Position numbers and translations under genes: made by a program
The notes under the pieces: generated by a model
What the model saw: only the letters and a program-made list of their open reading frames with translations
Databases searched by the model: none
What the model was told of the DNA's origin: nothing
Shown here: piece after piece, positions 29,610 through 39,142 of the stretch
Position numbering within the stretch: position 1 is the first letter of the stretch
Layout: each line of letters starts with the position of its first letter
Assembly: GCA_049322915.1 (NCBI GenBank)
Contig: JBMOPW010000020.1
Coordinates: 238,006-302,005, forward strand
Source: Candidatus Zhuqueibacterota bacterium
GTDB lineage: Bacteria > Zhuqueibacterota > Zhuqueibacteria > Thermofontimicrobiales > Thermofontimicrobiaceae
Direction: 5' to 3'
DNA: 64,000 bases

Positions 29610-30236
29610 ATGAAAAAGAATGGTGTAATACTGGCTTCGATACTTGCGATGATGATCGCATGCGCTGGTTCAGTGAGCATGTTGCCTGCGCCGCTGGACT
29701 CGAAAAACCTGCTCATAGGCGCGCTCATCTTCGATGTGAATGGCTACAATGATACGTTTGAATCAGTGCGCAAGCAAATCGAAGTTGCCATCGTCGGCAA
29801 TGTGATTGAAAATGGCGAGATGAAGAGCTACGGCCAATGGGCGGTCACAGACGAGAATGGCTATTTTTTTTTGGCCAATGTACCGGATGGTGAATATGTG
29901 ATAAAGGGCTTCAGGATTCACTCCATTGGTGCCGATAATCTAACTATTAGCAATGACTTGATTAATCCAAGGGAAGATTATTACGAGTTGCAGGACGAGG
30001 ATATCATTTATTTGCAGGCTGCCTATTTCGACACACAATCGAACCGGCGAATTGTGAATTTTAAGCATCATGTTTTTACGCTGCATTCCAATGAATTTAT
30101 CAAACATGAGCAATACGATGAATTGCGCGAAGTGAAGCTGTCAACAGGTGAACTTGTCAGTGAACCCCCTGTTCCGCAATATTTTCTCAATAAATTTCCC
30201 GCGAATCCCTGGGCGCCATTTTTGGAGTTAGAGTAG
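29610..30236 (+). CDS. Hypothetical lipoprotein with carboxypeptidase-regulatory-like (prealbumin fold) segment
   Basis: Lipobox MIAC; VTDENGYFFLANVPDGEYVI motif. Confidence 0.7.
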   Translation: MKKNGVILASILAMMIACAGSVSMLPAPLDSKNLLIGALIFDVNGYNDTFESVRKQIEVAIVGNVIENGEMKSYGQWAVTDENGYFFLANVPDGEYVIKGFRIHSIGADNLTISNDLINPREDYYELQDEDIIYLQAAYFDTQSNRRIVNFKHHVFTLHSNEFIKHEQYDELREVKLSTGELVSEPPVPQYFLNKFPANPWAPFLELE

Positions 30237-30420
30237 CAGTAATGCAATTCTGTGGGATGTCCGGGTGGGCTTGGAATGATGGTGTGTGCCCGGGAATAGT
30301 CATGCTACCACTTACCGTATATTTCCACTCCGTGCAATGATTATTATTTTCAAATCATTCCTGAATAAATTTTAATGTGCTGATACATCCGATAACCGCT
30401 AATGATTGGGAATACTGGCC

Positions 30421-33400
30421 ATGCAAGATGTTACAACCGTGAGATACAGCAATTTTCTGAAAGAGCAATCAGCGTTGAAACGAGTTTCGGAGCAACGCAA
30501 CGCCACTGAGCTTCTGTACCAGAGCGAGAAATTTCAATCAAATACTCCAGTCCAGAGTCTGCCTGGTTGGACGGAATTGCGGCAGAAGCTTTCCGAGGCA
30601 TCCGTCATTTTCTTTCCCAATGATGTGCAGCAGCAGACCTACACTGCGGATACCGGCACCCATATTGTCCCGTCCATCTTCAAGCGAATGCTGGTGAAAA
30701 TCAAGTTGTCCTTTGTATTTCGTCCCGGCTGTGTCGAAGATTTGAGCGTATTTGTGAAATGGGCGTATGAAAACAAGATTCATTACACCATTCGCGGCGC
30801 AGGCACCTGGCCGTTTGGGGGCTGTGTGCCCATCAACGGGGATGTTGTGGTTGATCTTTCTTACCTTGATTTTATGCACGTGGATGAGCGCGAGGGGATT
30901 TTCACATTCGGGGCCGGCGTCGTTTTCCCCAAGGCCAGGAAATTTTTACAGGAGCGGGAATTCACGTTAAAGCAGGAAATCACCAATCCTGGCAGCGGCA
31001 CCATTGCCGGCTGGTTGGCGACCGGCGGCATTGGACTCGGCAGCTACAAATACGGGCATGTCTCCAATTCCGTGCGCGCGCTGCTGGTCATTACCCCTGC
31101 GGGCGAATGCATCACCGTGGATCGGGACGACGCCAACTTCACCAGCTATTTCGGCAGCGAAGGCCAGTTCGGCATTATCGCCGGCGCATCCATGGAGGTG
31201 CGACGGGAATCCTACGTCACCAAGCCGTACGCGTTTTCCTTTACAAAATTCGAAGATGCGGTGCAGTTCATCCACATGCTTGAAAAAGCGCAACTGAAGC
31301 CCACTTCGGTCATTTACTTCAGCGACACCTACATTGCCGAGACGTATAAAATCGAGAAGCGCCACGTCGAAGAGCGACTGAATGAAGCGCTGGACAATAA
31401 CGACCAGACGCGTTTGCGCGAGACGCGCGAAGACCGCGATACCATCGAGGCGATGAAGCAGTACCAGCATGTCGTCGTCATCCATTTTGATGAAAACAGC
31501 GATTACCAATTCGCTTTGAAGTCGCGCCTGTTTGGCAAGAGCGGCGAATTGCGCCGCGCGAGTCATATCAGCTATTTGCAACTGCCCACTGACCTGGCGC
31601 ATATATTCTGGGATCACCGATTTCTGCCGGTGCAGCTTAAAGTCAACGGGCCGACTGTCCTTGTGAGTGAATTCGTGTTGCCGTTGGCGGCGTTTTCGAA
31701 TTTTCAAAACACGCTGCAAAAGGTGCTGGCTCGCTTGCTGAATATCGAGTTGAAGTCGGAAGCGCATCTTCTTCAAGACGGCGAAGTGTTGACGCAAGCC
31801 ATGTTCCTGGCTGACACGCGGACGTTTCGGCACAAGCTCTATTTTTCGCTAATTCCGCTGATGACGCAGGTCGGCTATTATTTTGGCGCCAGGCCGTACG
31901 GGATCGGTCTGTGGAATTATCCCTCATTGAGGCGGTGGCGAAGCGTGAACCGGGAGAAGGCCGATGCCATGATGGCGTTCAAAAAGGAATCGGATCCGCG
32001 CGGTCACATCAACCAGGGTAAATTCATCAATCCCCGGCGGCAGACGTTGGCGTTCAAGCTGTTCAAAATTATCACTCCCCGTTTCAACCAATGGTTCGTC
32101 GCCACCTACGATAAACGGATTCAGCAGAAAAAATTCGTCCTCACCTTCCCATTTCAGAAGTTGGTGTGGAATATCACCCGATTCATTTTCCCGCGAATGG
32201 TGCCGCCGGGGTTGAAAGCCGGAGAGCATGAACCCATCGAACGGATGATTTCAGTTTGCGCCGAATGCGACTCGTGCGAACGGGTCTGTCCGACTTCGGA
32301 TGTGTTCGGACTTTACGGCCCGGCCACGCCGATCACCCGCCGCCGCACAGCGCAGCGCTTGATTGCCGGAGAGAAAATCAGTCGGAATGAGGCGCTGGGA
32401 TTCCTCGCCTGCACCCGCTGCGACAATTGCACCGACATTTGTCCAACCAACATCAACCTCACGCAGGTGTTCGATCTGGTGGAAATGAATCCAAAGTTCA
32501 ACGCCCAGTTGAATTTCAGGAACGGTGAAAAGAAGGAGTATATCGATCGGTTCTGGCAGATCATGAAAGAGAGTCCGCTGTACATCGAACATACGCTGGC
32601 CGTTCAGAAAGAAGAGAAATCGCATCTGGCTCACGGGCTGAAAATTCTGTACGACAAAGGATTTGCCTACAGCGAATTGTACATCGATCCGACCACCTGT
32701 ATCCATTGCGGCATGTGCAGCAACGAAAACGCCTGCATGTACGCTGCCAGAGAAAGCCAGCCACGTCAGATTCCTGAACTGCGCCACATCAACTGCGCGC
32801 TGTGCAATGCCTGCGTTAATTTCTGTCCCCAGAACAAAATCATGGAGCGCACCCGGCTGTATTTCGATAAATTGATCCATCATGCCGTTGATCTGGAAGA
32901 GAAACGCTACTGGACCAAACAGCAGGCGCGGGTGCACGATACAACCACGGTGCAGCGGTCCACGCTGCTCACAGAAATGGCCGACCGCTACGTGACGGAA
33001 GAAATTATCATGGAAATTGATAAAGAGGCGTCCACCGGCAAAATCCCGGTTTCAGGATCGGGTCAGGGCGACCGGCACATGGGCATCGGCTTCGACGCCG
33101 AGCGGTTCGCTCATTTTCACATCGTGGGGCCGGCGCAAAACCGTCTGCACGAGGGCGATCCGGCAGAGGAACTGGCGGTGATTCTGGGCAAGCGGGAAGA
33201 TTTCTGCAAGTTTGACCGGGATGGCAATCTGGTGAATCCCGTGCATGCCAATATCAAATTGATGACGCCGATTTTATACAACGCCATCCCGCTGGAGAGC
33301 AACGGCAATGTGGAACTGGTTCTCATCAAAGTGGCGGAACAGCAGAAAAGCCTTGTGGTGATTCAATTGGAGCGGCTGCTGGAACACCATCAGGAAATCC

Positions 33401-36400
33401 TGAAAAATGGCGGGTATGCGCGCCTGCCCCAGGTGATTGTTCCGAGGGTGGGCAGCGATCTGATCAATCTGCTGACTGTCCACCAAAACACGAGCCGCGA
33501 TTTCATCACAGATCTGTGGCGCATGCCGGTGTTCGAGGTGGAATACCATCCGGACATCGAGCAGACCATCAGCTACATCCGCGGTTGCGTCGCCAGCAGC
33601 GAGAAAGTGCGGGCGCTGATCAGCGGGTATCTGGAAATTTCCGAGTACGACCTCATCGGCTCACTGAGTCTGACAGCGGATATCAAAGAGAAAGTGAACC
33701 ACTTCCTCGACCAGAAAGTGGATATAGTGCACATCCGCGGGCTGAGAAATAAAGACGAGTACTTTGTAACGTCCCGCGCAGTTCGCGCGCTGCATCATTA
33801 TCTGATGCGAATTGGCCGGCGGCATGAAGTGAGCATCATTGCATCGGGCGGAATACGGCTGGCATCGGACACGCAAAAGACAATTCAGCGCGGGGCTGAG
33901 GCCACGTTGATCGATTTCGCGGCACTGTTGGCGCTGGATCCTTCGACCTATCGCGCAATGATTGAGAATAAATCCACCACGGAAAAATTATTGAGCCTGG
34001 ATGTGGATTGGGCAGTGAAAAGGCTGCTCAACCAGGCTGAATCGCGCAAAGTGCAAATCCTTGAAGTGCTGGGCGCTGCCGGGTTCAAAGACCTGAAAAA
34101 GACGGTGGGCGAGGAAGGACGGCTCATCGATTTTCACAAACTGGAGAACAGAATTCAGCGGACGATTTTCGAAAATGAGCAACTCGTGGATGAGTATTCG
34201 ACCTGTAACGAGCAACTCATCAAAAATGAAACCATCCCGGAAACGCAGGTGCGCAGCTACAGCGTCCTGAAGACGAAACTGGCGCCCATGCCGGCGCCGC
34301 ACGATTTTTACAATCTCGGCGAAGTGAATCAGGTGCTGTACAAACGCGATTTTGTCTGGCCCGGGGCATTGATCGAATCCATGGGACGTATGGCAGCCGG
34401 GGACATGTCCATGCTCGATTTCAACAACGTGAAAAAGACCGGCCTGCTTGGCGATGGATTCGACGTCATGCGCATTTTGTACAACAAAGACCCGATGGAT
34501 ATTCACGAATCTGAATTGAACCAGATCTCCACTTCCTTGCTGCTGGACAAAGGCCTGATCCTCGAAGCGCCGTGGATGTTCGGTGGCAAATCCATCGGCT
34601 CCATCGGACTGGACACGTGGAAAGCGCACGTCACAGCGTCGCGGGAATTGGGCATTCAGTTCGACACCGGCGAGGGGGGCTATCCCACCAGCTTTTTCCT
34701 GAATTCGAAAGGCGAGCCGCTGTTCTTCACGGAGAATGAAATTCAACTCATCAAATCCTATTTCGAATCGGGCAGTGATTACACCATCGAGCAGATACAA
34801 AAGACGCTGGCAGAGAAGAAGATCACCGAAGAAAGCCATCCGGAATTGTACAAAAAACTGAAGCAATTTCCCTCGCTCAAGCCCTTCCGGTTTCTCGTCA
34901 TCGTCGATGAACAGGACCAGCCGTTCGTTTCGACTGAATTGAAAACCGGGCTGTTTGGCGTCACCAAGACTACGATTCAGAAAGCGCGGCGCGTGGTGAT
35001 TGCCTACAGTCAGGGCGCCAAGATGGGCATCGGCGGACACATCCTTGCGCAGAAGGTGAATAAACTGGTTTCGTACATGCGGGGGGTGGAAGGCATCGAA
35101 TACACCCACGCCGAGAAAGTGGAGCAGTTGTACCAGAAATTACAAAAAATCGCCTCGAAAAATGACCATCCGCTCCATGAACTGGCTGTTGCCAATCTGG
35201 ACATTTTCAACGCTATGGAAGACCAGCGGACTGCAACCGAAGCGTTCAAAAATGCGCTGTGGCAGATTCAGGAATATGCCTATAATCTCCATGCCCGCAA
35301 TGCGATTGATCCCATCGAATTCAAAAACATCCTGCAATTGTGCGAGGAGATCATCGACTACTCTTACAGCAGCATCATTTCGCCGTTCCCGTTTCACAAT
35401 TGTTATTCCATTGAAGATGTGAAAGCGTTCATCGATGTCGTGCGAATGATCAATCCGGAGGCGGTCATTGCCATCAAAGTGTCGCCGTCCATTGATATCG
35501 AATTCATTGCCACCGGACTGGGACGCATTGCGCGCGACAATACCGACGAAATTTTAGCCGCCAGATTCAACAAAACTCAGGCCGGATCGGACCCGTTGTC
35601 CGTCGAGATGGCCGAATATACCCGGAAATACGGAATGAAAATTGAAATCTGGCTGGATGGACCGCGCGGCGGCACCGGCGCGTCGCCCAATATCATCAAA
35701 GGTCAAATGGGCATGCATCTGGAATACGCCATTCCGCTGATTCACTATCGGCTTGTTAAAGACGGGCTGCGGAATTATGTCAAATTTATAGTCTCCGGCG
35801 GGATACGAACCTTTGAAGATGTGATCAAGGCTGTCGCCCTGGGCGCTGATGGTGTGGTCTGGGGAACGGCTCCGCTGGTGGCCATTGGCTGCGACCGAAA
35901 CCGGAACTGTCACGACGGCTGTTCGCGCGGCATTGCCACGAGCAATTTGAAGCTGCAACAACTGCGCGATGTGGCGGTTAACACGCAGCAAATCATCAAC
36001 GCGTTCACCATGATTCAGATGCAATGTATCCGCGCCATTGCCGCGCTGGGATTTTCCGACATCCGCGAGCTGCGCGGCCGGTTCGACAAAATTCATTGGC
36101 TGGGTCTCAAAGAACGGGTGGATCACCGCTATCGGGTGCGCGCTGAAGTGATTAAAGAGATTGAGAAGGACGAGCAGCTATTCGAGCAGCGCATGGCTCG
36201 CGCGACTGGCCAGAGCAATTGCGGCGTGGCGGCCATTAACGGCACGACGGCAATTCCCGGCTATATACTCGACCAGACGCTGCAATCGATGCGGAACCGC
36301 GGCATGGATGGCGTTGGCATTGCCAAAACGCTCTGTTTCCCGGACCATCCGAATGAATACGCCTATCGCATCCTGGTGAAGGGTCGGCTGCACCGGGATA

Positions 36401-39072
36401 TTGAATTTGAGCTGAGAAAATCGCAGGACGGAAAGAATGAGGCGATGGATGAAAATGAACTGCGGACGCTCGCCCGCGAAAGAACCGTCGCCCTGCGAAT
36501 CAGCCTGATGCGCAAAATCAAGTCGATTTATCTCGATCCCTATTTCGATTATTTCGGCCAGGACGATGTGACACGGTGTCGCGAGCCGTACAAAGTCAAC
36601 GAGCAGAGCGCAGAGAGGGACTATCGGGAGTTTGGAAATGCCAATACTGATCCCGGCGATGTCTTTCGTTTCTTCGTACGGGTGAAACCGGCGGCGCTGT
36701 ACCATTTCATCGAAAATGAACTGCTCCGCGGCGGCAAGCCGCGATTGCTGGAGCACCTGTTCCCGGAGATAACGCCGAATAATTACCGGCAGAACGAGAC
36801 TTTTCTGAACAAGGCAGAGGATTTGTTCATCCTGCAGCACTCGCACAATGTGACGCGGATTCTCTATGTGTCGTCGGTGCTGCCTGATGAATTGGAAAAG
36901 TTCGCCGGCAAGAAGATCGGTCTGAAGCGCATTTCCGAAGCCGATGAGGAATACATTCTGGCGGATGTCCGCGATGAGGATTGCTCCGATTATCTTAAAC
37001 TGCTGCGTGATTTCATGCTAGCCCATCCGTTTGAACATCACAAGCATCGCTACGGGGTGCGTAATCATAAAATCGCGGCGGTGATGTCGTGCGGGAAGAA
37101 TTTCGCCGTGTGGAAGACAGCCGGCCGCGAAATACCTTGGCAGACGCCGGACGCTCCCAACAATATCATTCACGTGCGATTGGCCACCGGCTCGGTGGTC
37201 GAGCAGATGAATTCGCACCCGTTCGCCAAACTGCACACCGCGCTGACTCACAACGGCGAGACCACCAATTACGAGGCGCTGAAGCAGCGCGTGGAGCAAT
37301 TCAATCTATCGCCATTGGCCAGCACCGATACGGAGGTGGCTTCGTTGAAATTTCATCTCACCGCCGATGAATGGGAATACCCGGACTGGGCGTTGTTCGA
37401 AAGTTTCTCGCCTACCACCGGCGATGATTTGCAATTGGTGGACGAAAAGATCAGGCCGCAGTTGGAGCAGGTGCAGCGTGTGGAATTCACCAGTTCCCCG
37501 GATGGCCCGTATCAATACCTGTGCCTGCGCCACAATCCCTACACCCGGGTGACCGAGCGCGTGGATTTGAAAGACCCGGCGGACCTGCGTCCCAATGTGA
37601 CCGCATTCTGGAGCGATCAATCCAACGGCCAACGGCGCGTCTTCAGCATCATCGCTTCGGAAGAACAGGCCATCAACACCATGCTGCGACTGCTGGATAA
37701 AGAGGGCATCATTCAGGGGAGCGTTGCAGATTTGACCTTTGTGAACGCCGGCATGATCAGCCGCTATTGGTACGACGAAGCCAATCGGATCACGGATTTC
37801 CGTTTCGTCGACCGCTACGGTCGCGCCATTCAACTGGAAAATAGCGGCATGCATCACAGTGTGCGCCAGGGAAAACCGTTGCCGACGCAGGGAAAAGACA
37901 CCCATGCTGGCTGGCAGAATCGCTATCAGCAGTTTTTCAGGGACAATCTGGCTGCCATGACGTTCGATGAGTTCCGCTGGCTGCTGCATCAGCAGTCCAA
38001 CGAAAACGCGGACAATGCCGCCTTTGCGCGCACCCTGGAAATTTTCACCTGGCTTCGCGATTATCTTCGCACGCTGAATCCCGGAGAAAAGGCGCAGAGT
38101 TCGCTCATCGACATCACGCAGTATTACATCGACGCGCTGCTGGATAGGGCGAAGGAATCGGTTTACAGCAATTATGTCTGGTGCAGCCGGGAGTCGGCAT
38201 TGCAATTCAACACGCGGGCTGGCGAGGGCCAGACACTGGTGATCAATGCCGGGAAATTTCTGCCGGAGGGCACAGACCCGGCAGTCTCGCTGACCGCATT
38301 TCTGTCAAAAGCCCACCGCCTGGGCTGGCGCAAATTCATCCTGTACAATACAACAGGTCAGCGGCTCATTTCAACGGCGGCGCTGCACGGAGGTGATTCG
38401 GACGATGTGGTCATGGATGTGTACGGCTCTGTCGGCGAATACTTTGGCGCGTTCATGCAGGGCGGCATTCTGCGATTGCACGGCAACGCACAGAACTTCG
38501 CCGCCATGTGCATGCATCACGGCGAATTGTACATTTTTGGCAATGCCGGCAAAGTGTGCGGCTACGCATCCAAAGGCGGCAAGGTCGTTGTTCTCGGCAA
38601 TGTCGTGGATCGCTGCTGGACCAACTCGGTGAACGATTCGCGCTGTCAGGATCTGGACGTGATGATTTTGGGTTCCGCGACAAAGTACGCCGGCGAGTCT
38701 CTCATGGGCGGTAAATTTTTCTTTGCCGGACTTCATTTCGATGTGAAAGGCAATTTATGCTTCAACGAGCGGCCCTACCTGGGCACGAAAATGCTCGGCG
38801 GCGCTTCACGCGGCGATTTCATTTTCTTCGATCCTGAAAATCGGCTCATCCACGCGCAGTACGTCCACGGCGCAGAGAAGCAGTTCACCATTGAGGAATG
38901 GCAGGCGTTCAAAGAAAAAGCCAAATCGGTCTTTCGTCTGTCCAATATCCCCATCCACGAGGCCGACGGCGTCGAATCCATTCAGGTGGGTGATCGCCGA
39001 TACGACCTCATCCCGGCGCACTTCAAATTTATCGTTCCCAGAGGCGGACTCCGCGGCTATGAGTCCCATTGA
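30421..39072 (+). CDS. gltB: Giant multidomain glutamate-synthase-related fusion: FAD-linked oxidoreductase + 4x[4Fe-4S] + two GltB FMN barrels + class II GATase + GXGXG domain
   Basis: One open frame (TTG 30406 is an alternative start). FAD_binding_4 motifs RGAGTWPFGG and GSEGQFGII; four CxxCxxC ferredoxin motifs; DTGEGG, QGAKMGIGGH, DGPRGGTGASP, SGGIRT, GCDRNRNCHDGC; CGVAA...RGMDG...HVRLAT...HPF...HNGE...TDTEV; GSVGEYFGAFMQGG repeats. Confidence 0.9.
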   Translation: MQDVTTVRYSNFLKEQSALKRVSEQRNATELLYQSEKFQSNTPVQSLPGWTELRQKLSEASVIFFPNDVQQQTYTADTGTHIVPSIFKRMLVKIKLSFVFRPGCVEDLSVFVKWAYENKIHYTIRGAGTWPFGGCVPINGDVVVDLSYLDFMHVDEREGIFTFGAGVVFPKARKFLQEREFTLKQEITNPGSGTIAGWLATGGIGLGSYKYGHVSNSVRALLVITPAGECITVDRDDANFTSYFGSEGQFGIIAGASMEVRRESYVTKPYAFSFTKFEDAVQFIHMLEKAQLKPTSVIYFSDTYIAETYKIEKRHVEERLNEALDNNDQTRLRETREDRDTIEAMKQYQHVVVIHFDENSDYQFALKSRLFGKSGELRRASHISYLQLPTDLAHIFWDHRFLPVQLKVNGPTVLVSEFVLPLAAFSNFQNTLQKVLARLLNIELKSEAHLLQDGEVLTQAMFLADTRTFRHKLYFSLIPLMTQVGYYFGARPYGIGLWNYPSLRRWRSVNREKADAMMAFKKESDPRGHINQGKFINPRRQTLAFKLFKIITPRFNQWFVATYDKRIQQKKFVLTFPFQKLVWNITRFIFPRMVPPGLKAGEHEPIERMISVCAECDSCERVCPTSDVFGLYGPATPITRRRTAQRLIAGEKISRNEALGFLACTRCDNCTDICPTNINLTQVFDLVEMNPKFNAQLNFRNGEKKEYIDRFWQIMKESPLYIEHTLAVQKEEKSHLAHGLKILYDKGFAYSELYIDPTTCIHCGMCSNENACMYAARESQPRQIPELRHINCALCNACVNFCPQNKIMERTRLYFDKLIHHAVDLEEKRYWTKQQARVHDTTTVQRSTLLTEMADRYVTEEIIMEIDKEASTGKIPVSGSGQGDRHMGIGFDAERFAHFHIVGPAQNRLHEGDPAEELAVILGKREDFCKFDRDGNLVNPVHANIKLMTPILYNAIPLESNGNVELVLIKVAEQQKSLVVIQLERLLEHHQEILKNGGYARLPQVIVPRVGSDLINLLTVHQNTSRDFITDLWRMPVFEVEYHPDIEQTISYIRGCVASSEKVRALISGYLEISEYDLIGSLSLTADIKEKVNHFLDQKVDIVHIRGLRNKDEYFVTSRAVRALHHYLMRIGRRHEVSIIASGGIRLASDTQKTIQRGAEATLIDFAALLALDPSTYRAMIENKSTTEKLLSLDVDWAVKRLLNQAESRKVQILEVLGAAGFKDLKKTVGEEGRLIDFHKLENRIQRTIFENEQLVDEYSTCNEQLIKNETIPETQVRSYSVLKTKLAPMPAPHDFYNLGEVNQVLYKRDFVWPGALIESMGRMAAGDMSMLDFNNVKKTGLLGDGFDVMRILYNKDPMDIHESELNQISTSLLLDKGLILEAPWMFGGKSIGSIGLDTWKAHVTASRELGIQFDTGEGGYPTSFFLNSKGEPLFFTENEIQLIKSYFESGSDYTIEQIQKTLAEKKITEESHPELYKKLKQFPSLKPFRFLVIVDEQDQPFVSTELKTGLFGVTKTTIQKARRVVIAYSQGAKMGIGGHILAQKVNKLVSYMRGVEGIEYTHAEKVEQLYQKLQKIASKNDHPLHELAVANLDIFNAMEDQRTATEAFKNALWQIQEYAYNLHARNAIDPIEFKNILQLCEEIIDYSYSSIISPFPFHNCYSIEDVKAFIDVVRMINPEAVIAIKVSPSIDIEFIATGLGRIARDNTDEILAARFNKTQAGSDPLSVEMAEYTRKYGMKIEIWLDGPRGGTGASPNIIKGQMGMHLEYAIPLIHYRLVKDGLRNYVKFIVSGGIRTFEDVIKAVALGADGVVWGTAPLVAIGCDRNRNCHDGCSRGIATSNLKLQQLRDVAVNTQQIINAFTMIQMQCIRAIAALGFSDIRELRGRFDKIHWLGLKERVDHRYRVRAEVIKEIEKDEQLFEQRMARATGQSNCGVAAINGTTAIPGYILDQTLQSMRNRGMDGVGIAKTLCFPDHPNEYAYRILVKGRLHRDIEFELRKSQDGKNEAMDENELRTLARERTVALRISLMRKIKSIYLDPYFDYFGQDDVTRCREPYKVNEQSAERDYREFGNANTDPGDVFRFFVRVKPAALYHFIENELLRGGKPRLLEHLFPEITPNNYRQNETFLNKAEDLFILQHSHNVTRILYVSSVLPDELEKFAGKKIGLKRISEADEEYILADVRDEDCSDYLKLLRDFMLAHPFEHHKHRYGVRNHKIAAVMSCGKNFAVWKTAGREIPWQTPDAPNNIIHVRLATGSVVEQMNSHPFAKLHTALTHNGETTNYEALKQRVEQFNLSPLASTDTEVASLKFHLTADEWEYPDWALFESFSPTTGDDLQLVDEKIRPQLEQVQRVEFTSSPDGPYQYLCLRHNPYTRVTERVDLKDPADLRPNVTAFWSDQSNGQRRVFSIIASEEQAINTMLRLLDKEGIIQGSVADLTFVNAGMISRYWYDEANRITDFRFVDRYGRAIQLENSGMHHSVRQGKPLPTQGKDTHAGWQNRYQQFFRDNLAAMTFDEFRWLLHQQSNENADNAAFARTLEIFTWLRDYLRTLNPGEKAQSSLIDITQYYIDALLDRAKESVYSNYVWCSRESALQFNTRAGEGQTLVINAGKFLPEGTDPAVSLTAFLSKAHRLGWRKFILYNTTGQRLISTAALHGGDSDDVVMDVYGSVGEYFGAFMQGGILRLHGNAQNFAAMCMHHGELYIFGNAGKVCGYASKGGKVVVLGNVVDRCWTNSVNDSRCQDLDVMILGSATKYAGESLMGGKFFFAGLHFDVKGNLCFNERPYLGTKMLGGASRGDFIFFDPENRLIHAQYVHGAEKQFTIEEWQAFKEKAKSVFRLSNIPIHEADGVESIQVGDRRYDLIPAHFKFIVPRGGLRGYESH

Positions 39073-39142
39073 GATGAACTAAATGCACCCTGCGGGGTTA
39101 AATTATCAGATTAAAATCGACAGACCTCGCAGGTGCCCATTT

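Noticed and set aside
30237..30420. Glutamine riboswitch or NtrC box upstream of the gltB-like gene
   Set aside because: Only a weak hairpin (CCGGGTGGGC...GTGCCCGG); no match to glnA-motif or TGCAC-N7-GTGCA consensus by eye
30538..39069. Many long minus-strand ORFs inside the giant gene (e.g. 33988-35109, 37306-38205)
   Set aside because: Antisense shadows caused by codon bias; no independent coding evidence
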